The notes beneath the pieces are model-generated. The model worked only from the letters and a program-made list of their open reading frames with translations, did no database searches and was not told the origin of the DNA. Of a stretch of 64,000 nt of DNA, positions 35,968 to 48,774 are shown piece after piece. Where the stretch lies: positions 8,618,001 to 8,682,000 of the forward strand of contig OZ249445.1 in NCBI GenBank assembly GCA_965235115.1. The letters run 5' to 3'. The stretch is from Laetmonice hystrix (taxonomy: Eukaryota). Position 1 is the first letter of the stretch. Each line of letters begins with the position of its first letter. Made by a program: the position numbers and the translations under genes.

Positions 35968-38900
35968 GAGAAACCCTTGATTTCACTGCTGTTGGTGTGG
36001 ATAGAAGATGAGAATTAGCACCGTCCTTGTCTTCCGTCTCCATGTAACTCGAGGTGCCCTCACGTAACTGGGCCGAATTTAATAACCTCTTAAATTCGCG
36101 TGTCGTGAGGGTTGTCAACCAGGTCCTCCGCCAGTAGAGTTGGGGTATAGGGGTAATAATATTCTGCTGTCAAGAGGGAGTCAGGGTTTTACCTAGCGTT
36201 TCATTTATTTTTAGCTCATCTTGCAGGAATATAGTGTAAGGGAGCGCTGTTAACGTGCCTCACATGTTGCAAAGGTCAAAGAAGTAGAATTGCATGTTGA
36301 TTCCTAGAAGCACAAACCGATCACTGCCAGGAACGCTGCCGTGTCCCCCAGTGTCCCCGCGTTCCGAGGAGGTCGCACCTAGCGGCTCTTGAGGCATTAC
36401 TTTTTAATAGACTGTTCCTGTGTGGCTTGCTAAACCACACAGCTAGTCACGCTAGCAAGTCTTTTCATCCTCAGACCTGCGACACTCAATGGGATTTTAC
36501 CTACAATGGACTGCACCCTCCCCGCCATACACCCACCCCTTCCCACTTCGAGGCTTAGACATGAAAGCTGCCCGAGGCCAATTAATCAATAAAAAAAAGT
36601 TAAAAAAAATACGCATATAAAATATAAACACAGGCCAAAAAGTATACGGTAGTATGGCATGACCAGTTTGTGCACTGCCAAGTGATTTATATTTTAACGG
36701 AATGTACCAAAGTACTAAAGTGACATACGTCAATAAGCATGCAATATTCTGGAATACTTGTACATGTATCAATACGTATGAGACGCATTTCCCATGTGTG
36801 TGTTTGTAGGACACTAGATATGAGAAGGAATGTAATGGTATTACTTGTACCAATGGGCTGGTGGAAGAAAAGGAAAAGAAAGAGAGGAAGAAAAAAGCAA
36901 CAACAAAAATGATCTTGGTCTCTATGTTTTAAGTGACCTTAACAACCCAGCCCCTCCGTGTATGTTGTCTGTCGTAAACAGTCGGATGGCACAGGTGTGG
37001 CGCCGACTACACACCTGGTCTTACTATTACATAATCGTGTGCCGCTAGGTAATAAAGAAGCACGTGTCGACATTAATGCCTACCGTTATGCGTTCCCAGG
37101 GCCAACATTAGCATAACGAAATCCCAAGGACTCGGACAAGGTCGGAGCATGCATTGCAACCGTGGCATTCTTCACAACTTCACGAGACACGACCAGTAAC
37201 TGGCTCTTGCTGATATTAATATTGTCAGCAATCCCTCTTTGATGTCCTTCTTAAATGTTTCACCGATAGAAATTGTTTAACAAGGTTTCCATCCCATGGT
37301 TGATCATGATAAAAAGGACAATCAGAAAGCAGTCCAAATATATTCGATTCTGGGACACCATGCTTGTGCAGTTGGCTCACAAAGGAAAGAGGAAAATATA
37401 GTGGCGTCTCTCGGGCCAAAATTTGTTTTTTTTGTCTTCAGTGGCAAGCCCCTGCCTTTGAATATAACCAGGCTTATATGCCAGTGTGTTGAGTGACTAC
37501 AAATCTGTTACCTGTGAAGTTATCCATCGGTTGACACTGACTGCCTTTTACAGCTGTTAGTACGTTTATGGTGATCGGGCGTCTGGAAATTTTCATAATC
37601 GCACTAAAAGCCGCTGTACCTGGACTTACTGACTACACGAGAAAAATAGATAACGCGTGCTGTGATGACTAGGCAGGTGCCAACTCTCACCAACCTTATT
37701 GATTGTTTGGCACAGATATTACGCCACCATTACGTCACCCAGTTAGCAGACGACGGGACAGTTTCCCGCCTACGTCGAAATCCACCGCGCAACAGTACCG
37801 AGACCACTTATAAATAGATCAACCTCGCTCGATAATCGATAGATGCGAGGAAGCACTAGTTTGTGCCCCACCACTCCCCCTGAGGGGGGAGACATAATGA
37901 CCTGCCGGGCGAGCAGGGTGCGTTACTTTTTTGATGCATTATTGAGCAAGATCCTTGTGTTGGTTGTGAAACTCAGCATCAAAAGCAAGAGGGACAATGC
38001 CGCCGACGGATCAACACCAGGGCAGCCACCCAAGCGCCTTACATCATCAGCGTGGCACCGAATGACCAGCCACCCTGACAGAAGTGTCGGATACTTATTG
38101 GATGTAGCCTTTCTTCAAGTACTGATCTCTGTGACATCAAGTAGAAAAGGTCAAGAAGGGTTGAAAACACTTTGCAATACGTCTTCTGTGTTTTAGACTC
38201 TAGTATTTACCTATGGGAATGATTCGTGTCTAGATAGGATAGGCTATATGATGAAATGCAGTACTTATTTTCATACAACAAAACTTTTGTAAAATGGATT
38301 AATGTTTTCTTTTTACTCTTTATCCTAACGTAGCCGTTCTAAAATTGTGCGACTTGAAGTTCGTACACTGAAGCCAGATCCCTCTAAACTTCTCTAAGAC
38401 AATAAACGGTCACCAGGAAATACGTTCATCTTGCAGGCACTGATATCCACATTTTTCTGTATCATCATTATACATCGTTGTTGGACGAATCCCGTTCCCG
38501 TAGTGTGGTGTCGTCGACATTGTAGTGTGACAATTGACAGTGACATCGGCCCAGCATAAAAAGAACAAGTACAATATTGGTGTTTACTTAGTGAATGGCG
38601 TGAGAAGTCAAATATAGACAGATAGCCTGTCATGTTGACCGCCTTTTCAGGGTCCGCCTCAGTGCACGACCAACAAATTATGGTCACAATTGTCATTATA
38701 GGCATACAGGTATTGACCGGAAGGGGCTGTTATATAACGCCGAGAAAGGTAAAGGATATTCCGCATAGGTTGAAATTGGAAGCCTAATCTCAAACATGCG
38801 GACATATAGCACTTTTATCTATAGTTGATACATGATGTCACTTGAATTGTAATGGATATAAATAGGGTTGGATGATCACCAAACGTAGTGTGTATTCGAC

Positions 38901-41227
38901 GGGTTAAAATGGTGAAGATGGATAGGAATACTACTCTAGATGGTGAACGTTTTCCACTTCGGTCCAGTGTTGTATGGAATATTGCCCCAACGGCCACTTG
39001 TCATATGAAAGAGGTGCAAAACACTTAGAGGCAGGTGTCATATAGCGAGGGAACCACATATAGACCGTCATGTTTATCATATACGGTACGGCGCCACTGA
39101 CCGTGACGGCCGAGGCGTCTCTCACGGAAGGTGGCCTCTCCTCTCAATGTCGGCCCCGCCGAGTTATGGCCCTCAATAGCCTTATGGTCTGGCAAGCTCC
39201 TGTGCCTTGGCAAGATTCCGGCCTTGAAGCATCACGCCTCAATGGCTTCTTCTCCTCCTCCAGTAGATTACTGGTGCATTGCACATGATGCAGTGAGCTG
39301 ACTTCGTATTCTTTCTTTACCAGACATTTGGTAACGGCTCTGTAGGAGGAGCGTACTGGGTTATCTGAACGAGACATTATACCTCATTTTTATCCTGCGC
39401 TACCTGCATGGAGCTTACGACAGGAAAATATGATATTTCAGATACCATTGTGAAATGGACGCTTTGACCGCCGGGTCATGGACTTGTGGGCTTGTCGTTA
39501 GTGGAGCTAATGTTGATTGTGACCAACAAGATACGGACCGTGGTAAGAGTTTTTCTCTGAACGCACGGTTTAATCGGTTCGCCTGTTACCGAGTGTACCT
39601 TGTGGCGGAACTTTTTGACAATTCCACAAGGTGCATGGTGCTTGTGTATTATGTGATTTTAATGCCCACTGACGGTGCAACCTAAAGGACCTACTGACAC
39701 CAAGGATCCTCCCAAACAATTGCTTGAAGTAAAACATTTTAGTAGATGTGTGACAAACGGGCCAGCTACGTTGGTGATCTGGGAAGCGTTTCTTCTTTAA
39801 GGCGTGTATCTGAGGGCAGGCTGAAGAGTTTTCCAAGCCCTGCAGGGGGACTGCTCAGGCGGCAGATTTGTAGAGCACGGATGATCACATCATTACGTCA
39901 AGGAACTCATAATGGGTAAGAAAGATTAATATACTATAGTCGAAAAAGGGCACATACATGCACCTGGGGAGTATTACCCTCTCCCCAAGTACAATTGGGT
40001 ATGAGTCCAAGTATCGTGGAAGCTGCCCTTCAGGGCGTTTTTACGATGTGTCGGGCTAAAGGGTTGGTTTCGACGTTTCCTATAATATGACCCAATAAGT
40101 CTACGACCTGCAGGGGCAGGAGAACATTTCTAAAACTCGCCCCATCTTTCACAGAATTCGTCAAATATTTATAGAGGCACACAAGTCGTCTGTTTCGCGC
40201 GCTTCCTCCCTACAATTTTCTGCTCATGGTTCTTAAGTTACACGTGCGTTGTACAGCCACACACGGACACAATGTTCTGGTCACATTCAAACACATGCAC
40301 CGACCCAGCCACCCTATACATGTATACCTTGTTTCCATGTCCGGTAAAGTAATTAATACTTAAACACTGGATGCCAGTGCGTTATTCGTGCCAGACCAGG
40401 CAACACAAAATGACGCTACCAAGTTACCTAACTGCCTGGCATACGGCACACTATGCCTCGTTCTTTTTGCATGTTCTACAACAATAGGGCCTATTAGTTC
40501 CTGACTGAAGTAGGTCGAAGAATATCTACTGAGGATGCGGCAAGTAAAGCTTTTGGGGACGGTGGATGTTAAGTGTATAAAGTAACTTTCATTAATCAGA
40601 CAGTGATATAGCCAAGAATATATGACGACAGACGACGAGAGATAGACACGCACTGCATGCTCGGGGCTAATATTAACCCAAAGTGTCCTCACCAATTTGA
40701 CACGGTCTCATAGTCTCATACCTGTCTGGGTGAAGTGTACACTGCAGGTACATATAGATGTACCTGTTGAGTAAATCATCCCTAAGTTCGAGATCGAGTT
40801 TCTGTCTATGTCAGTGAGACAACAGTGAGATTGGTAAGCTATAGTATAGTCCATGATAAATTAATTACATTGTAAACATAAAAAAAAACACGTTTAGTCG
40901 GGTTTTAACAAGTGTGGAGGTAATGAGGGCAGTAAAGAAAATAGATGACATGGTGTGGATCGAGGCCATGGACACAACTTATCTCCTCAATCACATGCAA
41001 TTAGCATAAAGACAATACTTGCATCATCCCCCATAAAACATGTCGCTAATACTAGAGGCAGACCACCAACAGTAATGTTATCATAAAAGCAAGTCGGTGC
41101 GACGACTTAAGTGGCCTTATTATAACGAGAACTGGATCGTATAGTTCCAACCCAGCACAGTCACTGGAACTTGCAAATTAGGTGGAACAGCCTGCACATG
41201 ATGTTCCAGGTTAAAACTTAAAATCTC

Positions 41228-41342
41228 GGGCCCGTTTTTTGGTCAAAACGGAAGTTCTTTCTTAAGCTTAACGCTGTGATTGGTTAGATTAAGCAGGAGC
41301 CTTCAGCTTAAGCCAGACCTTAAGTTGTGTCAAACCGGGCCC
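41228..41342. mobile_element. Diverged copy of the Harbinger-like GGGCCC MITE family
   Basis: GGGCCCG..TTT termini on both ends; shares CTTAAGCTTAACGCT..GATTGG with the 21858 element. Confidence 0.7.
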
Positions 41343-41938
41343 AGATGTTATAGCAAGGTTTGCATCATTTATCTGCATTAATAGTATAATTATGATGACA
41401 CAGGTATTCTACTGCCGTGTCTACGAAGATCCCATGGTCCTAACGTGTTTATAGAGGAACGAACATGTTGTATTAGTTCTGTATTCTGATCTGACCATCA
41501 CGAATTGGATGTGCTCTGTATAAATACCGTGGCAAGGACACGGGTAGAAGGAAGGTGTCACGTTTACTGATGACGATATCATAATCGATAAGCTATGGTG
41601 CAGGAACGGACCTTCGATGGCCGGACATGGAGAAACGTGCGATATCGTGTTGTTGTGGGATGGTGAATCACAGTGCCATCGATTGGGGAACATTGATGGC
41701 GTGTAATGGAAGTAAACACGGTGGTTGGGACCAGCAACGGATCATGTGTTTCACGGACAGGTAGTCGCCCATCCCACTGTAGTCGTCCCGTATATGGTGG
41801 TGCCACCAAGCAGGAGTGAGTGAGTAGTGGTGGTTTTATGCCGTGTCGGCATCTGGGGCCATCTTCACGGCCACCACCAAGCAGGAACGAACCCAGAGAG
41901 GTTTCTTCTGTTTGCCGATGTGGGCGTGCTGGGGGATT

Positions 41939-41961
41939 GGGGGGGGGGGGGGGGGGGGGGG
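41939..41961. repeat. G23 homopolymer
   Basis: Counted directly. Confidence 0.9.
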
Positions 41962-42138
41962 TATTGTTGTGAAGACTCTCTGGATGTTTGAAAAAATAGC
42001 TAAACCTTTGACAAATTCCGACCCCCCTCCCCCACCTGCCGTTGTCAAGTCATGTGAGTTTACTTCTGTTGGCGGTTGCAAAATTCCAGGGGTGCCCTCT
42101 CAAAGTGAAAACGAACCAGCCGGGAGACTGGAACTAGA

Positions 42139-42358
42139 CAGTGGCGTAGGAAAAGGAGGGGCCGGAGTATGTTTTGGCCGCCTCCCCCAATATTGAAGAA
42201 GGGACAAAAATTATTGGTATCATCTCCAGATGCTGGGAAACAGTGTTTTTTGACCTTCTAAATTCAAAAGTTTTCTGGAGAGGGCCATTTTGATCACCAT
42301 TTTTTGCTTGTCTTGTTTGCCCCCCCCCCCCAACTGAAGATAGCTTCCTACGCCTCTG
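42139..42358. mobile_element. CAGTGGCGTAGGAA MITE
   Basis: TIRs match at 13/14 (CAGTGGCGTAGGAA and TTCCTACGCCTCTG). Flanks CTAGA and CAAGA match at 4/5. Confidence 0.85.
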
Positions 42359-42965
42359 CAAGACATCGATAGTAAACGTCTACTTAATCCTATACTGAAG
42401 GCTAGAAGAACGCGACGAGGTCGTCATTAATCGTTTTGCACTCACATTAACTCTACTTCCTCACTCTCATCAACCTTTACTCAGCTTGCTCCTGGACGAA
42501 ACGGCAACCTTTCCACAAAGCCTGTCCGAGATCAAAGAGCACGCCGGTGGGTACGTCACCTGTTGAAGTCTACCAAAGGAGCAATATTCATTATCAAATA
42601 GAGGGCTTTCTGGCCAGTCCTGGTGGTAAGAGGGTGGAAGGTGTAGGCTGCCCCCTTGCGTTGGAGGCCTAAACGAGGTTGAGAACATATATCGGCCATT
42701 TAATTCCCAGCCAGAAAACAGCGGTAAATTACCGCGCGTCCAGTGGATGTGGACGAAACAGCCACACCTAATTGGTACCCGTGTCTTCTAATATGTGAAC
42801 CCCGCAGCAAATGCCGAGTTTTATGGCGAAATGGTTGCTTCCCATTGGCCGGCAGCGGGAGCAAAGTGCCCAAACTTAATGGCTCTAAGGTGGGCCGGCA
42901 GACGGTCGGGGTATAGTGTCAAAACCGGCGCAGTCAGGTAACACGCCGGTCAACTACGTCCTCAG

Positions 42966-42979
42966 GGGTCATAAGGTCA
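42966..42979 (+). promoter_or_regulatory. Perfect DR2 nuclear-receptor element (RARE-type)
   Basis: GGGTCA-ta-AGGTCA inside a CpG-rich island. Confidence 0.45.
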
Positions 42980-43576
42980 ACGCCAGGTGTGAGACGGTAT
43001 ATATGCAAGAGGTTTTTCGCGACAAGAAACAGGGCACTGTTTGTGTTTCATTTTTCTTTATGGTTCATTAGCCCATGTTGTTTAAAAGTCATTGCCTCAA
43101 AAACCCTGATTCGCCCTGCAGGGTTGAAATAATAATTTACTTCTCCATCTGATTTTGTATCGTGGAGAACAACATTCAAATGGACCCCCAGCATCGCAAC
43201 CCAGCAGCGAGGGCAAAAATGCCAAGGGCATAAAAACGATCATTTTGTGGTGGTGATTTCTTATCTTGTGCCATCTAACGTTGGTCACCACCACGGGCAG
43301 TAGTAGGGCGTGACGGCAACGTCATCCTCGGTGTTTCACCCAAACATATCATTCTCCAAATTAGGAGAAGAACTCGACCAGAGGTCGTGCCCCCTGCGTC
43401 CGCTTAACCCGAGACAGGTCGGTGGACATCTGCCAAGAGACTGACCCCATTACACTCGACCGTTTGTCTTGATGGCGTTCCGTGCGATTCGGTCGGTCGG
43501 GACCAGTGGTGGAACTCTGTGGACACGTGATGACAAGAACAGATCTTGGTATAACAAAACTTGGCAATTCTTACAG

Positions 43577-43636
43577 ATCATTCAGTAACCCTGTGCACCC
43601 TTTCGTCGTTAACGTGCCACTGCAGACGGTGACCAG
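43577..43636 (+). CDS. Candidate 60-nt symmetrical exon (SFSNPVHPFVVNVPLQTVT)
   Basis: aattcttacag| ... cag|gtaatg. Only one frame is open (phase 2-2). Confidence 0.18.
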
Positions 43637-45035
43637 GTAATGAGCAGATGTTGCTCAGTAACGGACAATTCCTCCCTGTAATCAGAGTTTGCAATGTTAA
43701 AAAGGCGCCGGCCGATTCGTTTGATGGGCCTCTGGAGGGAGTCTTGCTGACCCCATATATCAAACGCAAATGGCTGCGAAAGGTCAAGAAGAGGTGAACG
43801 CATTAACAATGGCTGACAATGGTCAAATGAACAGGTTGAGACGGCGGACTCGTCAAACGGGTCGCCAAGGCCGTTATCGCTCGGAACCAGGCATGGCAAC
43901 GTTGACCACTCGATATCACCTAGGGATATATAGTTATCGATATAATCTATATGCCCCCCACTGAGATAGGGCGCCCTTAGTTGTCGTGCATTTATCATAT
44001 CGGTGCAATTTACCCGACTGTAATGTATAAGGCACAAACAGATAAATAACTACCTATTGATGTGCTTTCTACATTGTGTACCATTGGGAGTTCATGTCAA
44101 GAGCAATGAATGTATACAATGGCAACACATTGTGCGGAATAGTTGATATACCAAAACATTAACATCGACAAGGGATGTACACAGATGAGACTCGGACTGC
44201 CTTTGAATATTCCATTGTAAAGAATGTTTCTGTCAAATTCATGAGCCCTCCCTGAGTTAGTACCACCTGCCCCGAGGCCAGCAGTGGTAATAGGGGGCGA
44301 ATAAATATGTGTACACATGAGACCCCCGAGTGGTGTTGATGTCCGCGCAGAGAGCGTGTGTGTGTGTATGTGTGTGTTGGGAAGGGGAGGGGGAGGGGGG
44401 TATTTGTGGATCCGATGGCATGGAGAGGATGATCCTGAGATCTCGGTCGCTGATCGATGTGTCAAGCACGCCCTCCCATATCACGGATTGAAGACTGTCA
44501 CGTGACCAGTACTGCGTCCGCCACCCTTTCCACCAACCCAGCCCAGTCGTAAAAGGTGACTTTCCATCGAATATGTCTCAGATATCGTGGCACCTCCAAT
44601 GTTTTAAACGCCAGGGCAGTCATATAAATCCCTTTGTTATGTCCTTCATAAACTAACCGATCTATAATAACGACACCAGTATTTCCTGCGATCTTGTGGG
44701 CTGCTGTTCAGAATTCGAGGTGTTTTGGGCCATAGTATACTCTCTGTACAGGTCGTACTTCCCACCGACATGCTCCCGTAAGGTAAGAAAGGTGGTTACC
44801 CGAACGCGTGATAACTGCTGTGCTCGATATTGATTCTCTAGGGAACCTGAGAGATAAGAACTGGCCTACATATTTCAAACTTTTATTAAAACGCGGTAGT
44901 TAATTCTTCACAGAGAGTCCAGCCTTTCCCCTCATCTATCAAAATATGGGTTGCTGTATTGTGTAAAAGGCAAATGATTAGTTACATGTATGTACTATAT
45001 ATATGTACTACATACCTTCAAGGGAGACGTTAGTC

Positions 45036-45071
45036 GTGGGCGTGATACGAATTGTGGGCGTGATACGAATT
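45036..45071. repeat. Exact 18-bp tandem duplication
   Basis: GTGGGCGTGATACGAATT twice. Confidence 0.9.
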
Positions 45072-46432
45072 TGATATGAATATGCGACTGATTTATAAGG
45101 ATCCCGGATGTGAAATCTACCCAACGATCTGTCATGTATTATAAAAATATACAATTCATTTCTTACATGTTGTATAGGGAGATCCCTTTGAATATTTTAC
45201 AGTAGATGTAGTAAATTAATAGGTTCGCGTTTGTTTCTTTCTCGGTCTCTCTACAAAAATAGTCAAGTATGTAAATGCGCACGCATACAGATACCTACAG
45301 TATATCTGTATGTGTGACACCATAAGTATAGCGTAGGGACTATTATGTCAGAGAAATGTTGGCCTCATACCCATAGAAGGCAACGTTACGAACCATCCGG
45401 GCAACTGGGCCGCTGTGCCAACTTCATGAACACGCAAATCGTTATTCGACACCCGATCGATTCTACTACTGGCGAGTCTCTCGGTAACTTGGGGGGTATA
45501 GGGAGGGAGGGGGAGAAAAAACTACTAGTGTACTCAGTGACCTGCGTCAGCTGAGAGTCAATAGTTGGGAGTCGATACCTGCATGTTAATCGACGGGCCG
45601 GGTGGGGAGCCCTCCCTCTCCAGTTCGTGATGGTTGGGATGGACGGGACGGTCGGCAGGCCGGCCGACCAGTCAGCCGTGTACGGCCACTCGGAAAACCC
45701 CACTCACTGGGCCAGAGATTCGTCTCTCATAACCACAGTGGTCGGCCATCTTCCTAGCTCCTGATGAAAGAGGTCATAAACATATCCGTTATAAAAGGCC
45801 GACGTGCACCATGTTAAGTGGACCTGTACATATCACGTAATGTGGAGTACATTACAATAATCCGTTGATGAACGTGAAAACGAAATAAACAACCTCCTAC
45901 AGACTATCTTCTACATTATACATGTAGTAGTACATTAGCATGATTTTCCCTTACTTCCGGTGGCATACTTTTGCTACAGCTATCATGCGCTTTACATGTA
46001 TTGTAGAAAACATCGCGTGTTACATTTAGGGTTAGGTCTGAGCCGGGCAACACAAGCAAAGGATGTTGAGAAACTTGTGGCCCTGCATTTCCCTGCTCAA
46101 ATCTTCAACCATTTCCGGTGATCATTCCCTTATCCATAAACATTACGTACGATATTAGAGGCCGCGAAACGTGAATGAGGGCAAGTCTTGTTGCAGATAC
46201 ATCAAATGAGGCAGTTAGTCTTAGTGTCAAGGATACTACATGTCTTCACACTTGGCCAATTTACAGGACTTTCTATGTGATCCTGTATAATTGGGAGGCG
46301 AGTGCTATATATCGTGACCGTTTGACGGCCTGCCGATCAGGCCAAACGTAAGCTCGGCACGAACCTGTGGATAGCTTTCAGTAGCAACGCTCACCTAATA
46401 TCATAGAGAGACACGCAAAACGTCTATCATAG

Positions 46433-46495
46433 ATTACAAGCAAATCCTGGGGAATCTCGATCCTCCAGTCCAGCCAGAGAAATGCAAACTTCATG
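46433..46495 (+). CDS. Candidate 63-nt symmetrical exon (DYKQILGNLDPPVQPEKCKLH)
   Basis: tcatag| ... catg|gtaaaa, phase 1-1 open frame, weak pyrimidine tract. Confidence 0.12.
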
Positions 46496-48760
46496 GTAAA
46501 AAAAGTTACGTACGCCGTGTCGGCTATGAGAAATATGGCCAGAGTCAGAGCTGTAAACAGCTTGAATTACTTGAATGAGTAAGGTGTGGATCCTAAAGCA
46601 AAGCGTTGCAATCTCCCTCGGTACCGAGAGCACATTTCTGGTGTTGGAATGATCACCTGTAGTTCGTAAATCTGCCTTAATTTCGAGCATTGCCCTGATG
46701 TGTTTGATGTATGCACTGACAACGCTTGTAAACAGATTAAATCAGGTGGTTTCTCAGTCAGACGAATGAAAGCCTCGGTATTTTTTCTGTTAATGTCACC
46801 ATCACTGTGAATTATACAAGATAGCAAGACGTGGACGAGACTGCATGTTCATTATTTGTAATCAGTCTATCCAGTAGTCATTTCTTTATTATAGCCCCAA
46901 AATACCTGCTTGACCTGAAGCAGCTTGGGGCGACCTCCCTAAATGCCATACGTGCTGACTGTGTCTCGATACCAGTGTAATTTCCGGTGCTAAATGCAGA
47001 AGAATTTACTCGACCAACTTCCCGTACATAAACCCGAGAATTGTCCCAGAATAAAGCCCTCTTTACAAAACACACTTTCCTGATTGCATTTTCACGCAGA
47101 CTTTATACTCATTGACTTGTCACACTCGACGTTAAGTCAGTGGTCATTTGGAATCCGTGTTGTCCTCTGCGTGTGTGAAAATTAGAAATTGTTAGAAATC
47201 TGTAATAGGGCCAGACGTATCAGCTCATCGTCCTTCTTCCTGAGCTTCGTATAGATAACTCCAAGGGACGCCTCGTTAAAAAAGAATGCTGTGAAGGAAC
47301 AAGTTATATATTTTAATCATTAACAGTAGTTTCAAGGCCTTTGTTAGGATCACTGAAGGAGCAGGCCATTTTTTATACTCCCTTACTCTATAGATACCAG
47401 CATCATGGGAATACATGTGGGCAGATGAATGCAGGGACACATTTATAATGAGATAAGGACGACGAACTCTTGTATTATTAAAGTCTTCAATTTTTAATAA
47501 AATACAAGGTCTTCTCGTACAACGAGTTCGTCTTTCGTATGCTCCTGCGCTCAAACTGGAAAGGTGCACTGTCTCCCGTTTCACCATTAAAACTTCAACA
47601 GGCATTTACTGGTGATGCGGCTGGGGGAGGGAGGGGGATAGCTAGTACTTGGCCAAAAGTTTCTTGTCGCGCCGTCATCAGAGATCCCATCTTCACGTCA
47701 TGCGGCTCGGCGAATTAAGTCGTATAGTATCATGGTCGGGTTGGCAGTCATTAATCAAACGACCAGCTGGGATAAGAGATCGTCGTGACCCGAAAACTTG
47801 TAGAGGTGCTTATTATCACCACTGTATCGCGGCCGGACTGTCCTGAGGGGCCGGACCGTGAGATTCATTAGACCTGTATCCAAGCACGCTTGGCTGCTGA
47901 CGCACTGGTCTGACTTCGTGCCCACAGATTGAAATTCAACTGACCGTTGCGAAAACCCGTGAGGTCATCCTATGGAAAGATTGGGGAGGGGGAGTGGGGA
48001 GACCACGCGGCGATGGGAGGGAGTGTGGCGGGCGGGGGCGGAGGGGGGAGCTGTGTCTAGGTTTCGGGTGCGTGACCTCAGCTGGCCCGCCAAATGACCA
48101 GACGATGCGCCGTCTGCACCGAAATCAGACGGCATTACGCAGCAGCTCCGGGCGACCTCCATGAATGTCGTACGTGCTGACTTTGTTCACTTGGCACCAA
48201 AGACAGGTAAATAGTTTTCATGTGTGAAATACCTCATCAATTGTGTGCATGTTTTGTGCCATAAATCCCCGTGTGGAGTGTGGTCATTTCAAACGCAGTA
48301 TATTCGAGGCGAGGAAGGTTGTTCACCCGCTCTTTCATTCACTTGTCCTAGCCGGTGAGAGTTCACTCCCCAGAAAGTAGGCTGGCGTTTGCCAACTGCC
48401 TGTCTGGGCTTAACTGAGCGTGAAATAGACGCACCTCCGTCAGAGAACGGTACTTTGGCTGGCATCCTGACACTGGCCGCCCGGCCGGTGCTGTCCCCCC
48501 AGACGGCCGTCCGAACAGTTAGCCCCGACACGCTCGCTAGAACAGTCAATACTCGCCAGTCCACCATTTCACGTGGGCTGTGCCCATCGTGGGGAACGCT
48601 TCCAGGACACGTGTTTTGCGCCGAGAGACAGTCTTATATCGATGTCCATTGTTGTTGGTCTCCCAGTCGTGCACTCATTGACTTGCCAGCAATCCTCACG
48701 CCTCATTGGCCGTCACTGGCACCGCTCCCGATGTCAGACGGGGTGCGGTGATCGATGCCG

Positions 48761-48774
48761 CCGCCAGGGGGCGC
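48761..48774 (+). promoter_or_regulatory. CTCF motif, perfect core match
   Basis: CCGCCAGGGGGCGC matches CCRSYAGRKGGCRS at all 14 positions. Confidence 0.55.

Noticed and set aside
38440-38560. LINE RT YVDD-like motif (NVDDTTLRE, minus strand)
   Set aside because: The upstream GVPQG motif is not recoverable and multiple stops follow. Too weak.
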